DNA of 64,000 nt from an uncultured virus (IMG/VR IMGVR_UViG_3300006128_000010) (IMGVR_UViG_3300006128_000010), one strand, 5' to 3'; numbered from the stretch's first letter, positions 38,034-48,763 are shown. Notes: a model not told the origin generated them from the letters alone. Made by a program: numbers and translations.

Positions 38034-39454
38034 CGTCTAATCAAAGACGTCAATGTGGTTAAGTCTTTAATGGTTTTTGTTGCTTGAACACTCGATGGAG
38101 CGGAATCAGTTTCTGCTCCTTCCTTTTTAGCTGCACTTGCATTCTTTCTACGTAAATCAGCAAATACATCACTAGCATTACCTGTTTCCATAAGAGTAGC
38201 ACCACCGTCCTCAAGATCAAATATCTTCAATGTATTTGGATCAAATCCCAAATATACCTTGCTACCGACGCCGCTACTACTACGTGTTTTAAGAAACTGC
38301 ACTTGATACTGACCGCGTTCTTTCATAGCTGCACTGGCAAAAATACTGATCACGTTGTCAGCAGTCTGTATCTTACTGATACCACCTGCAATCATGCTAT
38401 GATCATGCTCTTGCTCTTGCGTTGCACTGCGATTTAACTGACTTGCTGTAACACAAAGCATATTTGTTTCTACTGCCAAACCTCTAAGTTCTTCTGTAAC
38501 GAATTTATCCTTAATAAACAAGTCACTAGGATTTACTTTTTTGTTATTAGGGTAAAGCAAGTCTAGGTAATCTACCACAATAACATCTGGTCTTTTTTGA
38601 CGTTCGATCTCATAATTCTTCAAGTATACTTTAATGTCATTAGTTGTACTACCCTGTGGTATCTGTCTGATATACAAATCACCACTTTTGAATCCTGCTT
38701 GCTTGACTTTGATTTCAACTGTGTCAAGGTTACGGAATATGTCTCTGGTACCAACTTCAGTAAGCATACTATCAATACGCATACCAGTTAAACCTTCACT
38801 AAGTTCTAGTGATATGTAAACAACATTAAGTCCCTGTTTACTCAGATTAAGTGCCATGTTCTGCAAGAACAAGCTCTTACCCACACCAGATCCCGCACAC
38901 CAGATGGTAATCTCACCTCTGTTAACACCGCCATACAATTTCTCATCAACAGTCTTCCACCCTGTGCTAATCTGACCGTTTTTATCTTTAATTTTAAGTA
39001 GTCTTTCCCGAGGATCTGCATAATAATTTGTACCAAGATCATTTTGTAAACTAATCAGTATTGCTTCTCTAACACGTTTTTCTACTTCGCCGTAATTACC
39101 CTTTTCAATAAGTGCAACTGCACTTGTTACCGCATCTGCAAGTGCTCTATTCTTACAAAACTCTTCGATTTCTTTCAAGAAACTATCTTGATGTTGGACA
39201 AGAATATTATCAATCTTTGTAAATTCCCCACCTGTTTCTGCATTTACTTGTTCAAACTTTGGTAATACTTTGAACTCATTAGCATATTTGAGTATAAACC
39301 TCATAGAAGGTCTATACTTGTTTACAAAATACTTAGAGTCTAAGATGTTTTGACATCTTGCAAACACTTCCTCACTACTTAACAGCACATCTATTAGTAG
39401 TTTCTGTTTGTCCTCACCGTATTCTTTAATTTCATCTTCTTGTTCTTTAGCCAT
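38030..39454 (-). CDS. replicative DnaB-like helicase (gp41-like)
   Basis: STGW..VD, AGSGVGKS, ISLELSE, VVDYLDL, TASQLNR. Confidence 0.93.
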   Translation of the reverse strand: MAKEQEDEIKEYGEDKQKLLIDVLLSSEEVFARCQNILDSKYFVNKYRPSMRFILKYANEFKVLPKFEQVNAETGGEFTKIDNILVQHQDSFLKEIEEFCKNRALADAVTSAVALIEKGNYGEVEKRVREAILISLQNDLGTNYYADPRERLLKIKDKNGQISTGWKTVDEKLYGGVNRGEITIWCAGSGVGKSLFLQNMALNLSKQGLNVVYISLELSEGLTGMRIDSMLTEVGTRDIFRNLDTVEIKVKQAGFKSGDLYIRQIPQGSTTNDIKVYLKNYEIERQKRPDVIVVDYLDLLYPNNKKVNPSDLFIKDKFVTEELRGLAVETNMLCVTASQLNRSATQEQEHDHSMIAGGISKIQTADNVISIFASAAMKERGQYQVQFLKTRSSSGVGSKVYLGFDPNTLKIFDLEDGGATLMETGNASDVFADLRRKNASAAKKEGAETDSAPSSVQATKTIKDLTTLTSLIRR

Positions 39455-39456
39455 CG

Positions 39457-40479
39457 TTATCCCTTGAACATCTGTCTTTTAACATTTATTTGTAGGGGAC
39501 TTGCAGTCTTATTTGCAAGTATGCTACGAAGTGTATAAATCTTACCATATCTTGCACTAGCTTGTGCAGAGTCTTTGATTGAGTCCTCCCATTCTGGAAA
39601 ACTTACAGCCCAGTTATTATCTAATGCTGCATCAATTAATCCCTGATTCTTACGCTGTCGATCTGGTACTACAACTATTTCTTTATCACATTGCAATAAC
39701 CAAGCTAACTGGTCTTTGGATAACTCACTACCCAACACAGCAACTCCGTCAACAGCTATAGCATCAAACGGTCCTTCAACTAATAATACATATTTACGAT
39801 TGGGGTTGTCTAATGCCTCATTGTTAAACAAATACCCCGGTTGTAATTCGCTATTATAATATCTAGGCGTACCGTGCGGAGGAGTACCAGCATATCTGGC
39901 AGTCCATCCAACAATTTGATTGTCATAATAAAACGGTATAATTACTCTGTGATTCATATCATGCTTGGTACTAGAAGTCCAATGATAATCATAATTATTT
40001 GCTACAGCTGATCCTCTTGATAACAAATAAGAAACAACTTCAAAATAATCATTGGGAATGTCTTCCCATTCGGTTATGCTTTCAATTGTGGCTGCACCCG
40101 GTGGTAGGTTAACTTCTTTGAATTTCCTGTTGAAAATTAGTAGTTCATTAACGCCCTGTCTTTCTACACCATCGATTTTATTTTTTAATAGTTCTAATTT
40201 GGCTTGCTGGATGTCCTCGTGCGGTACCCCTAGCCAATTCAATAACAATTCAAAGTTCTTACTGAGTTCGATGTTGTCAAATCTCGTTTTGAATCCGCAA
40301 TTATAACAATTATATCCTATGACGCCATCTGCAGATACCATAAGATTGCCTCTGTGACGTTTATCTACACTGTGTCCGCGGTGATGACAGCATACAGCAT
40401 TGAATAAAATCCATCCTCGGGGACTTTGACGTCGCTTTGCAGGGATATTGTTTAATACTAATTCATGTACTTGAGCCAT
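39457..40479 (-). CDS. DNA primase (gp61-like)
   Basis: N-terminal Zn ribbon CC..CYNC, RVIIP, GWTAR, VEGPFDA TOPRIM. Confidence 0.88.
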   Translation of the reverse strand: MAQVHELVLNNIPAKRRQSPRGWILFNAVCCHHRGHSVDKRHRGNLMVSADGVIGYNCYNCGFKTRFDNIELSKNFELLLNWLGVPHEDIQQAKLELLKNKIDGVERQGVNELLIFNRKFKEVNLPPGAATIESITEWEDIPNDYFEVVSYLLSRGSAVANNYDYHWTSSTKHDMNHRVIIPFYYDNQIVGWTARYAGTPPHGTPRYYNSELQPGYLFNNEALDNPNRKYVLLVEGPFDAIAVDGVAVLGSELSKDQLAWLLQCDKEIVVVPDRQRKNQGLIDAALDNNWAVSFPEWEDSIKDSAQASARYGKIYTLRSILANKTASPLQINVKRQMFKG

Positions 40480-40499
40480 GCTTTAAATATAAAGCAAAA

Positions 40500-41339
40500 T
40501 CAGGTTTTATACAAGATCTTATCAAATTTACCCTTGTTCATTGAACTTGGTTGATAACTAACTCTTAACCAATATAAGTTCATGGTAAAATTAATTAATT
40601 TAGGTCCTTGGTTATTTTGATCAGTTAGTTCAATATAATCATGATTAACATCTAATGGTATATAGAACCATTCACTGGGTAGAGGAGCATTATTACTTAA
40701 ACTACCCTCAATCCAAATCTTACCTTGCCAACTTGTAGTATAAGCTACTATAGTATGAGTACCACTAGCTCGTTGTGCTTGTGCATCACCTGGTAAAGCA
40801 CCAGTCACCCACTTAGTATCATATGTGTATCCAACAGGAGTTGGAGTAAAATCACTACCTAAAATTTCAACAGCAGGAACCATGCTACTTGATATTCCTT
40901 CAATTAATTCAAACGAGCACCAAGTTTCTTTATTAATATCAGTGAATAACAATCCTAATTGTCCATTTTGATCGATAGTTCTAATATTGAATCTATAATA
41001 ACCAGTTTCCCAATCCTGTATATCTTCTGGATCTAATACTAATTTTGCTTTACCAGTTCTTTCATCGACCATTGTTACGTTCTTTTCCAACAATATTTCG
41101 GTTGGATTTTTTGCACCGCTGGGATTATCAACTTCTCTTATTTGTGCAATCATGGTATATCCAACCATGCTAATAGGCTTTCTATCATTGTTTCTTATAA
41201 CAAAATCAATGGTGTTAGTAACGCCTTTGTAGATTTTAGTATCATATATGATCATGGGCATGTTTATGTTGGGGACGTTCTTATCATCCTGTAGAAGATG
41301 TATATATTCGCGATATTTGTAAAGATATACTGTGGACAT
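40500..41339 (-). CDS. virion structural protein
   Basis: IYKGVTNTIDF..RNNDRKP Ig-like pattern; late box upstream. Confidence 0.6.
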   Translation of the reverse strand: MSTVYLYKYREYIHLLQDDKNVPNINMPMIIYDTKIYKGVTNTIDFVIRNNDRKPISMVGYTMIAQIREVDNPSGAKNPTEILLEKNVTMVDERTGKAKLVLDPEDIQDWETGYYRFNIRTIDQNGQLGLLFTDINKETWCSFELIEGISSSMVPAVEILGSDFTPTPVGYTYDTKWVTGALPGDAQAQRASGTHTIVAYTTSWQGKIWIEGSLSNNAPLPSEWFYIPLDVNHDYIELTDQNNQGPKLINFTMNLYWLRVSYQPSSMNKGKFDKILYKT

Positions 41340-41428
41340 TAAGAATCATCACTGGGTTAATGATATATTTATGGTTAAGTGAGTTTTTGATTTATAAATA
41401 GAGCTGGTTAACCGGGCACACGTCGATC

Positions 41429-41803
41429 ATGAACAATACACACAAAATTTTACAAGAACGTTTTCCATTTTTAACAATAGTCAAATACTTAAAGTCACAA
41501 TACATAGGCATAGTTCAAAATGCTGATCATTTGTTTATCAGCATGTATGTGCTAGATGAGAGTTTTACCACTGAGATGAAACGAGAATTTCTAGAATGTG
41601 GCGAGGTATACTGGTGGGAAAGCAACAGGTCAATCCCAATTAATTTGTTTTTACAGGATGATTTCAAAAAATTCAAACCTTACCTCAGAGTCTTTAGCAA
41701 AAAAGAAGCCGAGGTATTGCAGGGTCCTGTGATCAATTTAAGAGAATTGATGAACAAGAGAATCAAACGTCGTACAATTACTCTTGTTCGATCAGTAGAC
41801 TAA
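41429..41803 (+). CDS. conserved hypothetical phage protein
   Basis: TATAAATA upstream; WWESNR.IPINLFL. Confidence 0.75.
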   Translation: MNNTHKILQERFPFLTIVKYLKSQYIGIVQNADHLFISMYVLDESFTTEMKREFLECGEVYWWESNRSIPINLFLQDDFKKFKPYLRVFSKKEAEVLQGPVINLRELMNKRIKRRTITLVRSVD

Positions 41804-42288
41804 AGTCCAGTCTCGTCCTCATCGCCTTCAAGTATGGTTTGAGTAACTTTGACTCGAATAGTTCCATCTTTGTTGATCTTAACCTTCTGCGGCTTGCGCT
41901 TTTCTTCTGCACGAGCTTCTGCTTGTTTGGCCTCGTCCCACTTTTGGAACAGTTCAACTTGTGCCCATGCAAACATAGCAGCATCACTTTTGTCCTCGAC
42001 TATAGCATAGGCAGTGATCTTTTCTGATTTGGTATCACGCTCTGCCCAGATATTAATTGACCCAGCGATTTGTTCAAGTGTTCCAAAAACTGTACCAAGT
42101 CTATTTGGATCAACATTTGGGCTACGAAACATGTAGCCACTTTTGAGCTTGGAATTTAACCTCTTAATAGGATCAAATTCTAAATTTGCAGCAACCTGCT
42201 CGTTTACTGACTTATCTCTAGTACCTAACCAAACATTAGTGCCAAGAATATTTGTTTCTCGAGTCCAATAAAGTTTACGTTTAGCCAT
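41800..42288 (-). CDS. hypothetical protein
   Basis: GGAGG SD and TTGACT-N16-TATAAT promoter. Confidence 0.75.
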   Translation of the reverse strand: MAKRKLYWTRETNILGTNVWLGTRDKSVNEQVAANLEFDPIKRLNSKLKSGYMFRSPNVDPNRLGTVFGTLEQIAGSINIWAERDTKSEKITAYAIVEDKSDAAMFAWAQVELFQKWDEAKQAEARAEEKRKPQKVKINKDGTIRVKVTQTILEGDEDETGL

Positions 42289-42323
42289 ATTAACGCCTCC
42301 TAATACTGTTATTATAGCAGTAA

Positions 42324-42926
42324 TTACTGTTCAGTCAATGGATTTTGTTCTATGAGCAAATTAGCATGTACATATACCAATACCGCATAGGATATACCGT
42401 GTGCATGTTTAAAAACATAGCCGTTTTCGTCGTGTTTCCAAATTTCGTCAGAAATACTATCAAATCCCTGTTGAATACATTTAGACTGTAAATGCCGTTT
42501 ACCCGGACGAATTAATGCTAATATCATAGCCAAGTCTTTGATAGATTTTGGTTTAAGTTTGGCTACTAGTTCTCCGTAATTGTTGATATGGAATAATTTA
42601 CCAACAAAGTCGGGCTTTTCAAACACAGTCCAATCAATTGTTCGACTCATTAAATCTAATAAATGTGATTCATCTCTAACCATGGTATAAACACCGACAT
42701 TGAGTACATCTATCTTAAAGCAACCCATATCTTCTGCACGATCGTATCCAATACTGCATAGCTCTGTTACAGGGTCTATTGGTACTGCATGAAAATATAC
42801 TCCGGTGTTATGTTTGGTTATCTTACCATCACGGATAATACTAGCAGGAACATGAGTAAGACTTGATAGAGCTAACTCTCTGTTTGCTACGTCTATATCA
42901 ACGTCCCCTCTATCCATTAAACCCAA
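42324..42926 (-). CDS. minimal DnaE (Pol III alpha)-like polymerase core
   Basis: DVDID, KHNTGVY, FKIDVL, ALIRPG, GYVFKHAHGISYA in DnaE order within 200 aa. Confidence 0.8.
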   Translation of the reverse strand: MGLMDRGDVDIDVANRELALSSLTHVPASIIRDGKITKHNTGVYFHAVPIDPVTELCSIGYDRAEDMGCFKIDVLNVGVYTMVRDESHLLDLMSRTIDWTVFEKPDFVGKLFHINNYGELVAKLKPKSIKDLAMILALIRPGKRHLQSKCIQQGFDSISDEIWKHDENGYVFKHAHGISYAVLVYVHANLLIEQNPLTEQ

Positions 42927-43218
42927 ACCTCGAGTTAATCTGATTTATTGCGTTATTAATTTTACTATCACTTCTTCTAGATTCTTGTTTCAAAGTTCTA
43001 ATTTCATTTTCCAGTGAATTACATTTTAATTCTAGTTCATTAATTTTTCGATTTATAAATTCTATGTATTCTGGACTTATTACGTTAAATGTTTGGTCGC
43101 CTAATCTTATCTCCGCAACAAACGAACCTTTTTTAACAGAAAAAGGAGTTGAGATTGTTTGTAATGGTTTTTCATAATCATCTGTATCATATTGACTAAT
43201 AGCATCATCGTCTATCAT
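42910..43218 (-). CDS. coiled-coil hypothetical protein
   Basis: heptad-like C-terminal half. Confidence 0.65.
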   Translation of the reverse strand: MIDDDAISQYDTDDYEKPLQTISTPFSVKKGSFVAEIRLGDQTFNVISPEYIEFINRKINELELKCNSLENEIRTLKQESRRSDSKINNAINQINSRFGFNG

Positions 43219-43219
43219 A

Positions 43220-43906
43220 TTAAACTCCTGCTTCTTTCATGGTCTTCTTGATCCAATCAATAGACTCTCTATTTTTCATAAACTTAATCTTCCACTGTGG
43301 CACTGGTGCAAACTTTTTGATCATATCCTGTTGCTCCATACTACATCTGTCTATCAAATCCAATGCACTGTCCACATTGTACAACAACCACGGACTTATT
43401 CGACCACTTTGTGTCCATTGTACTGCTAAATTTGTGTTGATTTTTCTGAAAAAGTCCTGCCAAGGTTCGCCTGTTTGCATACTCCATTGTTGCATGAGCA
43501 ATATCATACGTTCTAGTGCTTGCTCGGGAGTCTCCTTCTTGGTTATCTCTCTAATGTATTGCTCATACACAAAATCATACGTCCATTTGTCAATTGGCAA
43601 ATTATTTTTGATTACAAAATCTATAAACTTTGCTGGTTCAATTGCATTGATATCGATGATATGTCTACCAAATTTAATAAAAGCTATATAATATCTACTG
43701 TTAATAAATTCTTTATAGTTGTTTTTCTTTTTGGTACCGCTAGATTGTGTTAGTTCGTAGAATCTAGACCATGCTAAAAATCCAAATCTGCTGGATGGAT
43801 CGTCTTTTCTGAACCATCTACGTTTCTTTTCACAAGTATGGTTAATGAGATTACGCTCATCATGAAACTGTCTGCTGCAAAACTCACATGCATGTTTATT
43901 AGCCAT
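43220..43906 (-). CDS. Zn-finger protein, possible gp59-like helicase loader
   Basis: CEFC...H.C; QSGRISPWLLYNVDSALDLIDR resembles the T4 gp59 C-terminal segment as recalled. Confidence 0.4.
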   Translation of the reverse strand: MANKHACEFCSRQFHDERNLINHTCEKKRRWFRKDDPSSRFGFLAWSRFYELTQSSGTKKKNNYKEFINSRYYIAFIKFGRHIIDINAIEPAKFIDFVIKNNLPIDKWTYDFVYEQYIREITKKETPEQALERMILLMQQWSMQTGEPWQDFFRKINTNLAVQWTQSGRISPWLLYNVDSALDLIDRCSMEQQDMIKKFAPVPQWKIKFMKNRESIDWIKKTMKEAGV

Positions 43907-44405
43907 TCTTTGCGTATTTCTTCCAATGATCCATTAATTCTTTTGTTTCTCGTTCACTTTTACCAGCATCTATAGTTAGCTGTTTAAAGCTTTCACTAGT
44001 GTGATTTTCTTTAAGAATAGCTAATTCTATATCATTTGAACTTGGATATAATTCTCTGAAAAATTCATCAAGAGCTGCTGAAACAGATTTCTTTCCTTTA
44101 TTAGGTATCCATTGATGATACTGTTTGCTACCTAAACTTGCTGCACATAGCAGTAGATGCTGTAGATCTGGATATTTACTTAACTGCCAAAATCCAATAT
44201 TAACCAAATCATTTGTTGCAATGATAGCGTATTCTTTATTTCTACTTTGGTCACCGAGACTACTCATGTACCTCATCAGTACCAACGGTGCATATGCTTT
44301 CTTCTCATCCAGTGTTAAATTAGTATAAAATGATTTATTACCTCGATCAAGTTCAGCTAATACTGTACTTAATTCAAGTTTATATTTCTTTTTTTCACTA
44401 GCCAT
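43899..44405 (-). CDS. possible clamp-loader small subunit (gp62-like)
   Basis: YAPLVLMRYMS...Q..LL...QWI pattern, size and replication context. Confidence 0.45.
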   Translation of the reverse strand: MASEKKKYKLELSTVLAELDRGNKSFYTNLTLDEKKAYAPLVLMRYMSSLGDQSRNKEYAIIATNDLVNIGFWQLSKYPDLQHLLLCAASLGSKQYHQWIPNKGKKSVSAALDEFFRELYPSSNDIELAILKENHTSESFKQLTIDAGKSERETKELMDHWKKYAKNG

Positions 44406-44506
44406 ACGCTATCCACCTGTAGAAGTATACTCACTATTGTTACATCTTTACAATAAAACCACAAGAGTGATAAATACCTTACAAAGCATATCAAGGAGAT
44501 CCAAGA

Positions 44507-45727
44507 ATGGGACGCCCACTTAATAAAAAATATTTTGGTTTAACAAATTCAGTTCCACCAGCTGGTGCAGAAATTGGCGGTGAAGGCATAGCAAGCATTA
44601 CTATTACTGCAGGTGGAACATATATCAATAGACTTCCTACAGTATCATTTGCAACTCCATCATTCCCGCTAGGTCAACAGGCTGTTGGGGTACTTTATTC
44701 GACAGCAAAAAGTGCTACACTATCAGCAAAAGGTTCAGGTTACCAAATTGGTGACATACTAACAGATACCAACGGAACAACATATCGTGTTACAAAACTA
44801 CGTGTTTTATCAGCATCATTAAACACTGCTGGTAGTAGCACAACATGGGATGGTACAGAATGGATCGTATGGGATCAGTTCATTAATTCACATTGGACAA
44901 GTCCTACTATTCTTAAAGGTGTAACAGCAGACGGCGGACATCATTTAACTGGTTATAATGCTGGTGCAAGCATATATGGCGTATGGGACGGTACGGATGG
45001 TACTCACGCCCCAACAACTGCACAAACCATTATAGGAGGTCCGACTGCTGGTAGTATGACACCGACTGGTTATAACACTCGTGCTACAGGCGACTATAAT
45101 GGTTCCGGAGTAGGTGATAATAACGGTACTGGTGGTTCTGTAACATTTACATACGGTGTAGAAGCTGTTACAGTTGTTGCCAGCGGAAGTTTTTCTGGAA
45201 CAATTAATTTTGGTGCATTAACAACTACAGTTGCTCCTACAGGTGGTTCAGGTGCAACATTAACTGTTAGTTATCAAGCAGATCATGCAGTGATTACTAC
45301 AGCAGGCGACGGATACCTTGGATCAGAGTCTATGACATTTACTGCTCCAGGTGGTGGCGAAACTGTTGCAACTGGTACTTACGCATTGACAAATTTATAT
45401 AACAACGCTATTGTTGGTATTGATTTAGCTACCAGTCTTGTAATTGACATTGTTAAACAAGAAAGCAATAACAGTTTCTATGTATTTGGTACACAAGATT
45501 ATCCATACATACTGGGATTAGCACCTCCTACTAGTTCAAGTGGTTTATATATACAAGCTACAGATAGTACTGGTAATAGCTACTGGGTCAAAAAGATCAT
45601 GTCACACAAAGCTGTGGTTGGTCAAGTAGGTTCAGGTTCTTTCGAATTTGCTGAGGACGAAATTGTTCTTTGGAGTTTCGATGCAGCTATAGCAGGTGTA
45701 GCAGTATCAATAAGAAATGGTTCATAA
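44507..45727 (+). CDS. G/T-rich virion structural protein
   Basis: MGRPLNKKYFG start, GSGY repeats, GATAAATA late box. Confidence 0.75.
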   Translation: MGRPLNKKYFGLTNSVPPAGAEIGGEGIASITITAGGTYINRLPTVSFATPSFPLGQQAVGVLYSTAKSATLSAKGSGYQIGDILTDTNGTTYRVTKLRVLSASLNTAGSSTTWDGTEWIVWDQFINSHWTSPTILKGVTADGGHHLTGYNAGASIYGVWDGTDGTHAPTTAQTIIGGPTAGSMTPTGYNTRATGDYNGSGVGDNNGTGGSVTFTYGVEAVTVVASGSFSGTINFGALTTTVAPTGGSGATLTVSYQADHAVITTAGDGYLGSESMTFTAPGGGETVATGTYALTNLYNNAIVGIDLATSLVIDIVKQESNNSFYVFGTQDYPYILGLAPPTSSSGLYIQATDSTGNSYWVKKIMSHKAVVGQVGSGSFEFAEDEIVLWSFDAAIAGVAVSIRNGS

Positions 45728-45740
45728 GGTAGAATAGAAT

Positions 45741-46121
45741 ATGGGACGTCCAATTAAAAACGATTATATAGGTAATGTATCAATAAACGGTAGTCAAATA
45801 GCTTGCTATGCTTGGGTACCAGGCGATACTCAGTCCCGTGCAAGTTATATAGACCGCCAAACTGGCACAGGTCGTTACTATGTAACCAGTAACGACGGTG
45901 CACACGAAGGTGAAGTTATACTGGCTAACATCGACGGCGGTAATTTAGCCATCGGTCAAGCTAGTGTTGTTGTTACAACTTTTGCAGAAGGCTCAAAGTA
46001 TGCAGAAGTCATTTATGATAACACTGTAAGAACTTTTGACGGAATCAATTATAAATGGTATTTTAATGACGGTACATATACTATACAATACGGTAATGAA
46101 GCATATCTAGCAAGTTCATAA
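45741..46121 (+). CDS. short paralog of preceding virion protein
   Basis: MGRPIKNDYIG start, IDRQTG segment. Confidence 0.7.
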   Translation: MGRPIKNDYIGNVSINGSQIACYAWVPGDTQSRASYIDRQTGTGRYYVTSNDGAHEGEVILANIDGGNLAIGQASVVVTTFAEGSKYAEVIYDNTVRTFDGINYKWYFNDGTYTIQYGNEAYLASS

Positions 46122-46159
46122 CACTTAGCTTGTTTTAAGACAAACAAGCAGACTCGAGT

Positions 46160-46195
46160 AAAACCCTTAGAGAGCCCGAGCAATCTAAGGGTTTT
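46160..46195. terminator. bidirectional terminator between convergent genes
   Basis: AAAACCCTTAGA/TCTAAGGGTTTT. Confidence 0.8.
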
Positions 46196-46201
46196 GCTTT
46201 T

Positions 46202-46702
46202 CTAAAACAGCTTTCTTATATCGAGACTTTCGGGGATTTTTCCTATATCTTTTAAGAAAAATGCACAGAGTGGACTTTCACTGTCATCTAGTGGTACTGA
46301 TAATATATGTCCATTTTTTAATTTTGGGAAATACCAACGCACATCTGGCCAAATATTAATAATTTCAAATTTCATAAATCGTGGCATATAACCATTGATT
46401 GGATTAAGTGTGAACACATCAAAATCCTTATCATTTAGATAAATCAACGGCATTATCTCAATCTCGCCTAAGTTTATGTCGCCTATAATAACACTCCAAT
46501 CTAATGGCATTTGTATATTATACTTGCCTATTTTGATATCAACACATGGACTATTAAAGCTCTCTAAGAATATCAGAGGCATGAAGTAGTAATCTACATT
46601 ATTTTGATCGCTATAATCAAGAACACAGTATCTGATGTCATCTACTACATCAGGTAATTCGTTCAGATTAAATGCTTTATTTTCATTTGTTAAGATTCTC
46701 AA
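46202..46702 (-). CDS. conserved hypothetical, possible degenerate HINT fold
   Basis: 166 aa, intein-like beta-strand periodicity without catalytic residues. Confidence 0.55.
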   Translation of the reverse strand: MRILTNENKAFNLNELPDVVDDIRYCVLDYSDQNNVDYYFMPLIFLESFNSPCVDIKIGKYNIQMPLDWSVIIGDINLGEIEIMPLIYLNDKDFDVFTLNPINGYMPRFMKFEIINIWPDVRWYFPKLKNGHILSVPLDDSESPLCAFFLKDIGKIPESLDIRKLF

Positions 46703-46846
46703 ATTGAGCCTTTAAAACTGTTTTAGGTATGCGGAAGTATTTAACCTAAATTTTCACCAGTTTGCTCATTTATTTTGTTAATATGTAATTTTATCAATGG
46801 TAAAAGGGTACTGAACCTAAAAACACAGTAAGTTTTAAATTATTTT

Positions 46847-48763
46847 TCATGACTTTTTCCAGATATATTTTTGATGCCCGCAATCCCATATAACATCAAA
46901 ACCGTTTGACAACATGAATTGTTTTTCAGTTAAACCGTTTGTTTCTCCCAGTTTATGTTTTTGAAATTGCAATCTATCATATCTGCAATTGGGTTTATTT
47001 AATTCAACATATTGATATCCTATTGTTGGTTTTCCAAAAGAAGCAAATCCCATTTTTAAATAACTTTTTCCTGTACCGTAACTAAGATCACAATAACTTA
47101 TTACAGAATTGGGATTTTTATTTTTAACAAAATAAGAGAATAGTTTTGATGCACCACCTACTACAACGGTATTACGTATAGCAGCCATTCTAGTTATTTC
47201 AAATTCAAATGATTTATTATATCTAGATTTAGAAAAACTCATGCACATTACCAGTTTATTTTCATAAAATAACCCAATATTATAAGAACTTTTTATATAA
47301 CCGCTGATATGATTATTTTCAAAAAATTCCTCTGCTTGATAATTGTCTATGACACTAACAATAGTTTTTCTTGCAGGGATTTTTGCAGATTTTCCCAATC
47401 TAACGTTTATCATACTTTTTATCAGCAACTTATTATCGTACCAATCATCTGAGAAAATTGTTATTAATTGAATATTTTTATTGTTACATTCGTACCATTT
47501 ATTATAATGATAAAATTTATTTTTATTGCCAAATCCTTCTGTGTGATATCTTAATCCGCAATACTCTATTGCTAGATTTTTGTCCTTTATTACGATATCT
47601 AATTCTTTATTTTTTCTTTTATCGTTTTTATTTGCTAGTACAGTTCTGTCATTTATTAATAAAGGATCAACTCCTACTATACCTTTGATGTAATCTACTA
47701 TTTCTTGTTGACCAGAACTAATATGTGCTGGATAGCATGTAGGACATCTAGGAATTCTGCCGTTTATTGCAGTACCATCAAAGTGACTATTACACGTATC
47801 GCATATCCATTTAAAATGGTTTGAAGTAAAATTAAATGGCTCTTGGTCGTTGGGCCTTATTTTATGAATTTCTAATCTAGAACATAATTTACTATAATAG
47901 GTATCAAGCTGTGCTGTTCTTATTTGTTGTTTGATTATTTCACTTTTGCTCGGATTGTCGACACCGTATTTCTCTAAACTTGTTGATTTGATTTTATCCT
48001 TGATCGAATCAAGATGCATAGGATGATCGACGCCATATCTTTCTATGTTTGTTGATTTGATTTTATCCTTGATCGAATCAAGATGCATAGGATGATCGAC
48101 ACCATATCTTTCTATGTTTGTTGATTTGATTTTATCCTTGGTTGAATCGAGATGCATAGGATGATCGACACCATATCTTTCTATGTTTGTTGATTTGATT
48201 TTATCCTTGGTTGAATCGAGATGCATAGGATGATCGACTCCCAATTTTGCTATATACGACTCTTTTACCTTATCTTGGTCTTTAAATGGATTATCAATAC
48301 CATATCGTTCGATGTTTGTTTGTTTTCTTTTTTCATTTATAGAACTTTTTGTATCATTAGAATAGGAAAGTTTAGATCGCGAAACATTATCGGATACAGA
48401 TTGTTCTGTACATTTGCACCTGCTAGCAGGACCGCATCGTCTATATCCTACAGCATATCCTATAAATTTTATATGTTTATTAAAGGGACATTCGGGTTTA
48501 TACCCATTGACATATACATAAAGTTTTTCGATATCTTTACTTGTAACTAATTTATTACAATCAATTTTTGAGGTTATTTCTTCCCAATAATTTGATTCTT
48601 TTAATTGTTTTATTACCAAATTAGCTACTTTAACATTGTTTTTGTATTTTTCAAAAAGATCGTCAATATGCTTCAGTATGTTATTTTTTTCATTGTGAAC
48701 GGATATTGCACTTCTGTGTAAAATTTCCGTCGTTTCAATTGGTGTCTGTTGCTGAATTTGCAT
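46847..48763 (-). mobile_element. putative homing endonuclease (PD-(D/E)XK/Vsr-like) with repeats and Zn ribbons
   Basis: ELDI...LAIEY.G...H, LITIF..DW, CDTC..CPTC, YCDLSYGTG..Y...GF; start codon uncertain. Confidence 0.75.
47981..48240. repeat. 69-bp coding tandem repeat (~3.8 copies)
   Basis: units start at 47981, 48050, 48119, 48188; encode GVDHPMHLDS(T/I)KDKIKSTNIERY. Confidence 0.95.

Noticed and set aside
47981..48240. CRISPR array
   Set aside because: Contiguous 69-bp in-frame coding repeats with no unique spacers
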